Positions 31,658 through 40,693 are shown, counted from the stretch's first letter. The stretch: DNA of 64,000 nt from Dehalococcoidia bacterium (GCA_965197645.1 OZ240219.1:672001-736000), one strand, 5' to 3'. A program made the numbers and translations. The notes: generated from the sequence alone by a model not told the origin.

Positions 31658-31691
31658 GCGTATTACACTACGGGCAAGGCGGGCGCGGGAG

Positions 31692-31922
31692 ATGGAATAC
31701 GCACCGAAATGGGATAAACACACCGTCCGAGGACTGCGGCGCCATCTCAAGATGACCCAGCAGGAGCTGGCCCGGGAGATGGGGGCGCGCCAGCAGACCA
31801 TCAGCGAGTGGGAGCGGGGAATGTATGCTCCCAGAGGGGCCTCGGCAAAGCTGCTCTCCATCATCGCCGAGCGGGCCGACTATCCCTACGAGGCGAAGAC
31901 TCCTGGGGAGGAGAAGGGTTGA
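31692..31922 (+). CDS. small XRE-family helix-turn-helix protein
   Basis: VRGLRRHLKMTQQELAREMGARQQTISEWERG. Confidence 0.88.
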   Translation: MEYAPKWDKHTVRGLRRHLKMTQQELAREMGARQQTISEWERGMYAPRGASAKLLSIIAERADYPYEAKTPGEEKG

Positions 31923-32040
31923 GGAGCGCCGCCGACGGCAGCGGGCCGCGACTGCCAACAACCCCTTTAGATTCCTCACTGCGTTCGGAATGACATCTAA
32001 TCTGGATAGTGGCATTGACTTAATGTGAACAGGCCCTAGG
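31923..32040. repeat. REP/MITE-like element ending in CTAG
   Basis: Homologous to ~23205..23320 (AGATTCCTCACTGCGTTCGGAATGACA..TAATGTGAAC.GGCCCTAG). Confidence 0.8.
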
Positions 32041-32590
32041 ACGATGGACGTTGGCCAGGACATTTAACGGTCGGAGTAAACCTGCGTTAGAAGGCAATAG
32101 GCGCTCTGAGCTAGGCCGAGGATTCATGGCGAGGGAAAACCCGAAGCAGTAGGTATCGGTTTGCAAGCAGAAAGACGTATGAGTTAGGCCGAGAATCCAT
32201 TGCTAGGACAAATAAACGATTGGGGAAGACCAGCAATAGAAAGCAGTGAGTGGTCAGAGCTAGGCCGAGGATTCATGGCGAGGGAAAAACCCGAAGCAGT
32301 AGGTGTCGGTTTGCAAGCAGAAAGACGTATGAGCTAGGCCGAGGATCCATGGCGAGGACAAAGACGATCGGGGAAGACCAGCAATAGAAAGCAGTGAGTG
32401 GTCAGAGTTAGGCCGACGAAACATGGCGAGGACAAAAAAGGTAGAGCTGGGTTAGCAGGCAGTATGCCGTATGAGCTAGGCCGAGGATTCATGGAGAGAG
32501 ATAACCCGAACAGTAGGTATCGGTTTGCAAGCAGAAAGACGTATGAGTTAGGCCGAGGAACCATGGAGAGGGCAAAAAAGGCGAGGGTAA
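32033..32590. repeat. repeat-spacer array: ~30-nt repeat GAGYTAGGCCGAGGAWYCATGGMGAGGRMA, 7 copies plus 1 degenerate
   Basis: Repeat starts at 32033 (degenerate), 32108, 32181, 32257, 32331, 32405, 32473 and 32545. Confidence 0.9.
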
Positions 32591-32597
32591 AAAAAGA

Positions 32598-33935
32598 ATG
32601 AGGGAGGTGGACGAGCGACTGCTGACCCGGATATGGCGGGGACAGTGGCTGGACCGAGCCCGGCTGGAGACCGTTGATGGGAGATCGGTCCAGGTGGTGT
32701 TTCCCGGCAGGGTCAACGGGCTCGACGGCCCCGACGTGCGGGACGCCATAGTGACCATAGAGGGGAGGGAGCTGCTGAAGGGTGACCTGGAGCTCCACGT
32801 GCAGGGCGGCGACTGGCGGGCCCACGGGCACCACCTCGACCCGGCCTACAACGGAGTGGTGCTTCACGTCACCTGGACATCGGACCGTCCCTGGGTAGAG
32901 CGGGAGGACGGGACCAGGGTGGCCACGCTGGCCTTGAAAGGGGCGCTGCTGCTGCCCGTCGATGCCCTGCTCGACGTAGACGAACCCCCGTTCCTGGAGA
33001 GCTGCAGAGAGGTGGTCGATGGACTGGGGCCAGAGATGGTGGGAGGGGTGTTGGGGAGCACGGGAGAGGAGCGCTTCCGCGGCAAGGGGGGCGCATTTCA
33101 AGGAGAGCTGGCCCATTGTCGCGGCGAGGAAGTGCTATACCGGGGACTGATGGAGAGCATGGGGTACGGGGGAAACCAGGAGCCCTTCGGCCGGCTGGCC
33201 CGGCTGCTGCCCCTCTCGACGCTGGGGGCCTTGACCGGCGGGATGTCCGACGACGCCCGGGCTCCGGCGGTGGCGGCATATCTTCTGGGGACGTCGGGGC
33301 TGCTGCCTTCCCAGTCGGGGGTGCCGCTGCCCAATCCTGCGAGGAGCAGTGGAGCGGCCCTGGAGGAGATGTGGCGGGACTCGGGGTTGACCCGGGAGAT
33401 GAAGCTCCCCGATTGGCGTACAACCCGCATCAGACCCGCAAACCAGCCTGCTAATCGCATCGTGGGGGCGGCCCGGCTGATGTCCCGGTTTGCCCAGCTG
33501 CTGGAGGGCCTGCGGGACCTGCTCTTGAAGTCCCATTTTCAAGGTAGTCCGTCCCTGTTGGAGGACGGTCTCATCGTGCCCGGGTACCTGGGAAGGGGCA
33601 GGGTAAGGGAGATGCTGGCCAGCGTGGTGTTGCCCTTCCTGTGGGGGCTGGGCGAAGAGCGCCAACTGCCCGTGCTGGCCCAGGCTGCCGTGGAGCTGTT
33701 CCGCGGGATGCCAAAGGGCCAGGGTAACCGGGTCACCAGGGAGATGGAGGCCCAGCTGCTGGGAGCGGCATCGAGGGGCGTGGTCAACTCGCTGGCGAGG
33801 CAGCAGGGGCTGATACACCTGTTCAAAGGCCCGTGTCGCTACGGGTCCTGTGAGGGATGCCCCCTGGGGCGGGCGCTGGGGGAGTTCAAGGGGACCATCG
33901 AAGGCGCACCGATAGCCGAGGAGGTAGATGGATGA
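32598..33935 (+). CDS. DUF2851 family protein
   Basis: PG..N...GPD..DA, GDLELH....DW..HGHH.DPAYNGVVLHV, RPANQP and C-terminal QQGLIH..C.CxxCP. Confidence 0.85.
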   Translation: MREVDERLLTRIWRGQWLDRARLETVDGRSVQVVFPGRVNGLDGPDVRDAIVTIEGRELLKGDLELHVQGGDWRAHGHHLDPAYNGVVLHVTWTSDRPWVEREDGTRVATLALKGALLLPVDALLDVDEPPFLESCREVVDGLGPEMVGGVLGSTGEERFRGKGGAFQGELAHCRGEEVLYRGLMESMGYGGNQEPFGRLARLLPLSTLGALTGGMSDDARAPAVAAYLLGTSGLLPSQSGVPLPNPARSSGAALEEMWRDSGLTREMKLPDWRTTRIRPANQPANRIVGAARLMSRFAQLLEGLRDLLLKSHFQGSPSLLEDGLIVPGYLGRGRVREMLASVVLPFLWGLGEERQLPVLAQAAVELFRGMPKGQGNRVTREMEAQLLGAASRGVVNSLARQQGLIHLFKGPCRYGSCEGCPLGRALGEFKGTIEGAPIAEEVDG

Positions 33936-34231
33936 AGATGGAGTACAGGCACGGCGCCTCTCCGCAGGAGGCGCACGAGAAGATCGACGGGCTGCTGGCC
34001 GCTCTGGAGCGAAGGTATGGCGACCAGGTGAGCAGAGCACACAGGTCCTGGAACGAGACCGGGAACGGGATGGAGTTCAGCTTGAACGTTCAGGGCATGA
34101 CGCTGTCCGGGGAGCTGCACCTGGTCGATGACCGGGCCGTCATAGAGATCAAGCTGCCCTTTCTGGCCAGGGCGTTCAGCGGCCGAATCGAGAGCACGAT
34201 GAGGGAGGAGCTGGACCGGCTGTTCAGGTAG
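33932..34231 (+). CDS. polyhydroxyalkanoic-acid-system (PHA_gran_rgn-like) small protein
   Basis: 99 aa with H...EA..., W......F and I.LPFLA..F...I pattern; ATGA overlap with DUF2851. Confidence 0.7.
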   Translation: MKMEYRHGASPQEAHEKIDGLLAALERRYGDQVSRAHRSWNETGNGMEFSLNVQGMTLSGELHLVDDRAVIEIKLPFLARAFSGRIESTMREELDRLFR

Positions 34232-34260
34232 CGGGTTCGAGGGTACCGAGAGCCTTCGGA

Positions 34261-35307
34261 TCAGGCCAGGCGGGCCATGGGCAGGTTGGGGTAGACCTCC
34301 AGGTCCCAGCCGGAGCGCTCCCCACGCTGGAGGCGGTAGTAGCCGCAGGCGGCGATCATAGCGGCGTTATCGGTGCACAACACCGGCTTGGGACAGGCCA
34401 CGCTTACGGGAGAGCGGGAGGACATCGCCTCCCGGAGGGCGCCGTTGGCGGCCACTCCCCCCGACAGGAGCACCTGATCGACGCCGTGGCGCCGGGCCGT
34501 CTCGGCGGTGCGCTCCACCAGCATGTCCACGACGGCGTCCTGGAACCCCGCGGAGACGTCGGCCACGACTTCGGGGGACTGGGACGGCTCATCCTCGTGG
34601 CCGTTGGCATCGATGCCCAGAGCCTGGGCGGTGCGAATGACGGCGGTCTTCAGGCCGCTGAAGCTGAAGTCGTCGCTGTCCCGTATCACCGCCCTGGGAA
34701 AGGGGTGGGGCGAGGAGGCGCCGCGGGCCGTCTTCTCTATGATGGGCCCCCCGGGAAAGCCCAATCCCAAGACACGGGCCACCTTGTCGAAGGCCTCGCC
34801 GGCGGCGTCGTCCCGGGTCCTTCCCAGGATGACGTAGTCGCCGTGACCCTTCATCAGCACCAGGTCAGTGTGGCCGCCGGAGACGATGAGACAGAGGTTG
34901 GGGAAGACGGGTGGCGCATGAGAGTCGTCCAACCGGATCCAGTTGGCGTAGACGTGGCCCTCCAGGTGGTTGATGCCCACCAGGGGCAGCTCGTGGGCCA
35001 GGGCCAGCGTCTTGGCCATGTTCATTCCCACCAGCAGGGACCCGGTCAGCCCGGGGCCCATGGTGACGGCGATGGCGTCCAGGTCCCGCCAGCCGACGCC
35101 GGCCTTTTCCAGTGCCATCGTCACCACGGGGACGATCTCCAGCATGTGCTGCCGCGAGGCGACTTCGGGCACGATGCCTCCGTACCTGGCGTGGATCTCC
35201 ACCTGGGACGAGACGACGTTGGACAGGGCGTGGACGCCGCTATCTACCACGGCGGCCGCGGTCTCATCGCATGATGACTCTATTCCCAGTACCAGCATCC
35301 GTGTCAC
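34261..35307 (-). CDS. tsaD: tRNA N6-threonylcarbamoyltransferase TsaD
   Basis: LGIESSCDET, HLEGH, SGGHT, DDAAGEAFDK and DNAAMIA. Confidence 0.97.
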   Translation of the reverse strand: MTRMLVLGIESSCDETAAAVVDSGVHALSNVVSSQVEIHARYGGIVPEVASRQHMLEIVPVVTMALEKAGVGWRDLDAIAVTMGPGLTGSLLVGMNMAKTLALAHELPLVGINHLEGHVYANWIRLDDSHAPPVFPNLCLIVSGGHTDLVLMKGHGDYVILGRTRDDAAGEAFDKVARVLGLGFPGGPIIEKTARGASSPHPFPRAVIRDSDDFSFSGLKTAVIRTAQALGIDANGHEDEPSQSPEVVADVSAGFQDAVVDMLVERTAETARRHGVDQVLLSGGVAANGALREAMSSRSPVSVACPKPVLCTDNAAMIAACGYYRLQRGERSGWDLEVYPNLPMARLA

Positions 35308-35541
35308 CTCACTCGGTCACGATTGACAGCGCTCTTTGATTACGGGCCTCGGCCGGTCTTGTAACTGGGAGTTCATCTCCCACCCTCTCTAGCTGAAAGC
35401 GAGGGCGCCGGTGTGCGCTGTCGGTCGTATAAACGGGTTCGGGCTCCTGAGCATACAGTATAAGACAGACCGAGGCGGCTGTTAAGAGGACGGCGTACCG
35501 TCTGATATAATGGCGCACAACATGGAGATGGCAGGGTCCCC

Positions 35542-36732
35542 TTGAGCAGATCCGTCCCAACCCAGAGCCGGAAAGACACCGAGCTCCCCAGCGCAGTAAA
35601 GCCTGGGGAGTTGAGCTATCATCGACTGGTGGTGAAGCTGGGCAGCAACCTGCTGACCGGCGATGACCGGGGGCTGAACGTAGAGGTGATGTCGTCCCTG
35701 GTCGGGCAGCTAGCCCGGCTGCACCGAGAAAACGCCGAGGTGATAGTCGTTTCCTCGGGGGCGATAGCCTCGGGGAGGGGAATACTCAGGTCCTTCGCGC
35801 AGGGGGCCAAGCACCGGGGAGCGCCCATGCGGCAGGTGCTGGCATCAGTGGGCCAGAGCAGGCTGATGCAGACCTACGACAAGCTTTTCGCCGACCAGGG
35901 CATCACCGTGGCCCAGGCCCTGGTGTCCCGGGGGGACCTGACGGACCGGTCCCGCTATCTCAACGTTCGAAATGCCCTGTCCACCCTGGTGGAGCTGGGG
36001 GTGGTACCGATAGTGAACGAGAACGACGTGGTGGCCGTGGACGAGATACGAGGGGCCCACTTCGGGGACAACGACAACCTCTCGGCGATGGTGGCCAACC
36101 TGGTGGACGCCGACCTGCTGATGGTGCTGACCGATACGGCCGGCCTGTACACCTCCGATCCCCATCTGTACGAAGACGCCGAGCTGATCCGGCGGGTGGA
36201 GGTGATAGACGAGAAGATCGAGGCGATAGCGTCGGGAACCCGGAACCCTAGTGCAGTGGGGGGAATGGTCACCAAGGTACAGGCGGCCCGGCTGGCCACG
36301 TCATCGGGGATCGACGTGGCGGTGGCCGACGGCCATGTTCCGGACGTTATAGTCCGGCTGGCCGGGGGAGAGTCGCTGGGCACGCTGTTTCCCAGCCTGA
36401 CGACCAGGAAGGAGAGCCGGAAGCGGTGGATGCTGACGGGCCTGAGCTCCCAGGGGACGATCCAAGTAGACCAGGGTGCCGCGGGGGCACTGAAGCAAGG
36501 GGGCAAGAGCCTGCTTCCAGCGGGGGTGGTGGATGTAGAGGGGGAGTTCTGTCGGGGTGACCTGGTGGACATCATGGACCCATCGGGCCGGCGGATAGCG
36601 TGCGGGCTTACCAACTACGCCACCCATGAGGTGGGCTTGATCAAAGGGGTCCAGTCCAGCGCCATCGAGGGGCTGCTGGGGACGGAGTACGGGGAGGAGA
36701 TAGTACACCGCAACAACCTGGTCTTGCTCTAG
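35542..36732 (+). CDS. proB: glutamate 5-kinase
   Basis: VVKLGS, NENDVV, FGDND, GGMVTK and a PUA domain; start uncertain. Confidence 0.95.
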   Translation: MSRSVPTQSRKDTELPSAVKPGELSYHRLVVKLGSNLLTGDDRGLNVEVMSSLVGQLARLHRENAEVIVVSSGAIASGRGILRSFAQGAKHRGAPMRQVLASVGQSRLMQTYDKLFADQGITVAQALVSRGDLTDRSRYLNVRNALSTLVELGVVPIVNENDVVAVDEIRGAHFGDNDNLSAMVANLVDADLLMVLTDTAGLYTSDPHLYEDAELIRRVEVIDEKIEAIASGTRNPSAVGGMVTKVQAARLATSSGIDVAVADGHVPDVIVRLAGGESLGTLFPSLTTRKESRKRWMLTGLSSQGTIQVDQGAAGALKQGGKSLLPAGVVDVEGEFCRGDLVDIMDPSGRRIACGLTNYATHEVGLIKGVQSSAIEGLLGTEYGEEIVHRNNLVLL

Positions 36733-36921
36733 GCAGGGCGTGGCCCTGCACCCACAACAAGCAGGGCACTGCCCTACGCCTATAACGTGACAACAAGAGA
36801 GTTGGAGCCTGTCTCAAAAGAAGGAACGTCTTGTTTCCAGCCGCCCGTCCTCGGACGTTATTGTGGCTGGAGGCACATCCCCCATACCCCCTGCCAGAGA
36901 GAAGGTTCCCTCTGGACTCCC
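36733..36921. repeat. REP/MITE modules between proB and proA
   Basis: GCAGGGCGTGGCCCTGC and GGCACATCCCCC..CCCTGCCAGAG..CCCTCTGGACTCCC, as at 14603 and 1900. Confidence 0.65.
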
Positions 36922-37016
36922 TCGATTCAGGGATCCGAATCAGGTTTGTCAACCCATGACAACGCGTGCAAGCGGCGAGGAACATGGGACAACACATTGA
37001 TTAGGAAACGGACGAT

Positions 37017-38300
37017 ATGACTATCACATCTGCGACGGGCCTGGAGGAGAAGGCGCGAGCGGCGAGAACGGCCTCCAAGGCGCTGGCTGAGGCTTCGACG
37101 GAGGCCAAGGACCGGATGTTGGCCCACATCGCCGAGGGCCTCGTCGCCCGGCAGGAAACGATCCTGGATGCCAACGAGGCGGACTGCCGGCAGGCGGCGG
37201 CCGACGGCATCAGCGGGGCGTTCCTGGACCGGCTTCGTCTGACCCCCCAACGGTTGGAGGAACAGGCGGAGGACGTTAAGCGGATAGCCGCGCTGCCCGA
37301 TCCGGTAGGCGAGACCTACGACGAGCAAACGTTGCCCAACGGGCTGCGCATCTGCAAGCGGCGGGTGCCGCTGGGGGTCATCGGCGCCATATACGAAAGC
37401 AGGCCCAACGTTACCATAGACATCTCGGTGCTGTGCCTCAAATCGGGCAACGGGTTGGTGCTGCGGGGCGGAAAAGAGGCCCTCGGGTCCAACTCGGCGC
37501 TGGCTCTGCTGGTGCGGGACTCGCTGAAAGAGGCGGGGCTGCCCCAGGAGGCGGTGCAGTTCGTAGAGTCCACGGATAGGGTCCTGGTCCAACAGATGCT
37601 GGCCATGCGGGGACTGATCGACCTGATGGTGCCTCGAGGAGGCGCCGACCTGATCCGCCGGGTCAAAGAGGAGGCGAGCATGCCGGCGGTGACCGGCGGC
37701 GTCGGGGTGTGCCACACCTACGTCGACGCCTCGGCCGATGTGGACAAGGCCGTAGCCATTGCCTACAATGCCAAGGTGCAGCGACCCTCCGTCTGCAACG
37801 CCCTGGACACCTTGCTGATACACCGTGAGATAGCGCCCGAGTACCTGCCCCGCATCGCAGCGGAGTGGGGTGGGGCGGGGGTTGAGATTCGTTGCGACGA
37901 AGAGGCCCTGACCATTTTGAAGGGCCTTCCCGAGGCGGAATCAAACATCACGCCGGCCCGGGAAAGCGACTGGGGCCAGGAGTTCCTGGCGTTGGTCGCC
38001 TCGGTGAAGGTGGTGGACAGCCTCGAAGAGGCGCTTTCTCACATCGATGAGTACGGCTCCGGGCACTCCGAGGCGATACTGACCGAAGACGAATTCAATG
38101 CCGACCGGTTCCTGGACAGGGTGGACGCCGCAGCGGTGTTCGTCAACGCCAGCACCCGGTTCACCGATGGAGGCCAGTTCGGGCTGGGAGCCGAGGTGGG
38201 CATCAGCACCCAGAAGATGCACGCCCGGGGCCCGATGGGCCTCAGGGAGATGACCTCCTACAAGTGGATAGTTCAAGGTGAGGGACACGTTCGACCCTAA
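37017..38300 (+). CDS. proA: glutamate-5-semialdehyde dehydrogenase
   Basis: IYESRPNVT, VCNA, NASTRFTDG and HARGPMG. Confidence 0.97.
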   Translation: MTITSATGLEEKARAARTASKALAEASTEAKDRMLAHIAEGLVARQETILDANEADCRQAAADGISGAFLDRLRLTPQRLEEQAEDVKRIAALPDPVGETYDEQTLPNGLRICKRRVPLGVIGAIYESRPNVTIDISVLCLKSGNGLVLRGGKEALGSNSALALLVRDSLKEAGLPQEAVQFVESTDRVLVQQMLAMRGLIDLMVPRGGADLIRRVKEEASMPAVTGGVGVCHTYVDASADVDKAVAIAYNAKVQRPSVCNALDTLLIHREIAPEYLPRIAAEWGGAGVEIRCDEEALTILKGLPEAESNITPARESDWGQEFLALVASVKVVDSLEEALSHIDEYGSGHSEAILTEDEFNADRFLDRVDAAAVFVNASTRFTDGGQFGLGAEVGISTQKMHARGPMGLREMTSYKWIVQGEGHVRP

Positions 38301-38314
38301 GGAGGAACACATAA

Positions 38315-38623
38315 ATGGCCGACTACAATTTCGAGCGGGAATGCCGCACCCCCTACTCCGAAGTCTACACCATCACCGATGATGAGAACCCGGCGGGCAG
38401 GGTGGACATTCACTACACCAACAACGTGGTCCACGCCACCCTCGCAGTGCTGGAGAACGTGACCCAGGACGGCATTCAGGAGCTGATAGACACGATAGAC
38501 GAAGAGCTGGTGATGACCGCGGACGCAACCCGGGGGGACTTCATCGTCTCGGTCTACCAGGGCCGGGACGTGGGGGTCTTCAGCGATGAGGACTTCGACG
38601 AGGACGGAGGGGAAAAGGGTTGA
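38315..38623 (+). CDS. acidic conserved hypothetical protein
   Basis: 102 aa, AAGGAGG RBS directly after proA. Confidence 0.8.
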   Translation: MADYNFERECRTPYSEVYTITDDENPAGRVDIHYTNNVVHATLAVLENVTQDGIQELIDTIDEELVMTADATRGDFIVSVYQGRDVGVFSDEDFDEDGGEKG

Positions 38624-38704
38624 TGCGGTACAGAGATCGTCGATAACTGCCTGTATTCGATGGAGTTGACCCTGTACCATATCTTGTGAGAGAACAAGTT
38701 GCCC

Positions 38705-38733
38705 TTGACTGGGCCCATCTTCGCCGATACAAT
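38705..38733 (+). promoter_or_regulatory. sigma70-type promoter
   Basis: TTGACT-N17-TACAAT. Confidence 0.55.
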
Positions 38734-39018
38734 TTATCTTGATCAGTTAACGGCCAAAACCTAATATTTGGTTGCACCTGACCTGCTCCCTACCTCTCCG
38801 CCCGCAGGGCCTCCTACCCCTTACGATTCCGTATGAAGCACTCCTATTGTACCTTCACATACGGGCCTACTAGACCCACAGGGTGCTCCATGACCACCCC
38901 GATCCCGTGGGCAGTAGGGGGTGCGATATGACCACTACGTGAACACCCAACCGTTGGACACTAGGGTCCGCCGGTATCCGTCTATTGTGGACCGACTTAG
39001 TTTTAGGAGGTCGAAACA

Positions 39019-40425
39019 ATGACTATGTATAAGAAGTTCATGAGGCGCCGCACCGTTCTGGGTATCGTCGCTGTAGTCTTGGCGTTGATGCTCGTGGCGG
39101 CCGCTTGCGGTGAGGAGGCTGCACCCGAGCCGACCGAGGAGGTCATGGAAGAAGTGATGGAGGAGGAGGTCGAAGAGGTGATGGAAGAGGACGTGATGGA
39201 GGAGGAGGCGATGGAGGAAGAGATGGTAGAAGAGGTGATGGAAGAGGACGTGATGGAGGAGGAGATGGTCGAGGAGGTAATGGAAGAGGACGTCATGGAG
39301 GAGGAGCCGGGCGATGGGATGGTCGGACTGCGAGGTCCCGACGAGTGGACAGTCGAGAACCCGGCTACGTTGGAAGAGGTGGAAGCCGAGCTGGAGAAGC
39401 TCCGAGGCGGCAGCCTTGTGTTCGTATCCTGGGGCGGCGCCTACCAGAGCGCCCAGCGCCAGGCCTTCATCGTGCCCTTCGTAGAGAAATTCGGCATCGA
39501 GGTGATCGAAGAGAGCGTTCCGACGATCGCCAAGCAGCGGGCCATGGCCGAGACGGGCAACATCACCTGGCACGTCATCGACTGGGGTACCCCCGCCGTT
39601 TACCAGATGAGCGCCACCGGCCACCTGGAAGAGCTGGACTTCAGCATCATCGACAACCGCAAGTACATGGAGATCATCAAGTGCCCCTACTGCGGAGGGG
39701 GAAGCATAACCTGGTCGGAAGTGCTGGCCTACAACACCGACACCTACCCCGACGGCCTGCCCGACATGTCGGCCTACTACGACACCGAGAGATACCCCGG
39801 CCGGCGGGGCTGGGCCTACTACAGCGATCCCGAGGAGGTCTTCGTCCTCCTGGGTGACAACCCCTCGCTCCTTGATACCATGGAGGGTCGCTCCAGCCTC
39901 TCCCGGTTGAGCGACGAACAGTTGGACCGCGCGTACGAGCTGTTCGAGCAGTACGGGGACCAGGTAACCATGTTCTGGCAGACCGGTTCCGACTGTCCTC
40001 AGCTGCTTATCAGCGGCGAGCTGGACATGTGCACCGCCTGGAATGGACGGATCTACGACGCCGCCAGGGAGGGCGCGCCGATAGCCATCTGCTGGCACTG
40101 CGGTCACAAGCTGAACACCGGCGTCTTCGTAGTCCCGGACGGGCTGGCGGAGCAGGACCCGGACCAGATGTACCTGGTGAACCTCTTCATCGCCTGGGTC
40201 GGCTCCGGTAAGATCAACGCCGACAATGCCAAGTTCATCAGCTACGGCCCCGTCAACCTGGACGGTCTTCCCTACCTGGACGACCCGGCCTTCGACGAGG
40301 TCCGGGACGAGCTCCCCTCGTCATCGTCCAACATCCCCTACGCCATCCTGACCGACGAGAAGTGGGCGGGTGAGACGGGCGACGCTCGCTATGAGCGCTA
40401 CCTGGAATGGCAGCAGAACCTGTAG
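39019..40425 (+). CDS. extracellular solute-binding lipoprotein (PotD-like), copy 1
   Basis: AAAC lipobox, SWGGAYQ, LAYNT, WNGRI and YGP.N. Confidence 0.88.
   Translation: MTMYKKFMRRRTVLGIVAVVLALMLVAAACGEEAAPEPTEEVMEEVMEEEVEEVMEEDVMEEEAMEEEMVEEVMEEDVMEEEMVEEVMEEDVMEEEPGDGMVGLRGPDEWTVENPATLEEVEAELEKLRGGSLVFVSWGGAYQSAQRQAFIVPFVEKFGIEVIEESVPTIAKQRAMAETGNITWHVIDWGTPAVYQMSATGHLEELDFSIIDNRKYMEIIKCPYCGGGSITWSEVLAYNTDTYPDGLPDMSAYYDTERYPGRRGWAYYSDPEEVFVLLGDNPSLLDTMEGRSSLSRLSDEQLDRAYELFEQYGDQVTMFWQTGSDCPQLLISGELDMCTAWNGRIYDAAREGAPIAICWHCGHKLNTGVFVVPDGLAEQDPDQMYLVNLFIAWVGSGKINADNAKFISYGPVNLDGLPYLDDPAFDEVRDELPSSSSNIPYAILTDEKWAGETGDARYERYLEWQQNL
39136..39306 (+). repeat. intragenic Glu/Met/Val-rich repeat (EEVMEEDVMEEE..)
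   Basis: 57 codons of E/V/M/D/A repeats; second copy at 40887..41057. Confidence 0.9.
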
Positions 40426-40477
40426 CTGGTCATAGCCTAGACACGACACAGGCAATCTGGATTTGCCGAGAAGGAGA

Positions 40478-40511
40478 GTGGGCCTCCCGATGGTATCGGG
40501 AGGTCCACTTT
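40478..40511 (+). terminator. intrinsic terminator
   Basis: GTGGGCCTCCCGA-TGGTA-TCGGGAGGTCCAC-TTT. Confidence 0.75.
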
Positions 40512-40570
40512 ACATGCCAACAGAATACGTGCTTCTTCCTCCAACCAACCCACCGATTTAGAGAGGCCTA

Positions 40571-40693
40571 TTGCGCAAAGTACTGTCGATTCTGATCTTG
40601 GCGGGCGTGTTGCTGACCCCGGCCGGCTGCGGAGGTGAGCTGGAACCCCCCGGACCGGTGGGCAGTAGGGGGTGCGATATGACCACTTCGTGA
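40571..40693 (+). pseudogene. 5' remnant (about 29 homologous codons) of the beta-propeller lipoprotein gene
   Basis: LRKVLSILILAGVLLTPAGCGGELEPPGP versus MRKILFILTVAGLLLAPAGCGGEPDPPGP at 42322; TGA at 40691. Confidence 0.8.

Noticed and set aside
31401-31691. 173-aa extended form of the HTH ORF
   Set aside because: The promoter-like element and RBS favour ATG 31692; the upstream translation is not protein-like.
32033-32590. Calling the array a CRISPR
   Set aside because: Spacers recur (A three times, B-type three times), repeats are degenerate and no cas gene is in the window.
32033-32590. tRNA-like units (72-76 nt period)
   Set aside because: No TTCRA T-loop or cloverleaf seen on either strand.
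32398-32601. 67-aa ORF with a YELGRG repeat
   Set aside because: By-product of one 72-nt period; most other units shift frame.
40085-40110. CWHCGH as a heme c site in the binding proteins
   Set aside because: It is CxxCxH, not CxxCH.
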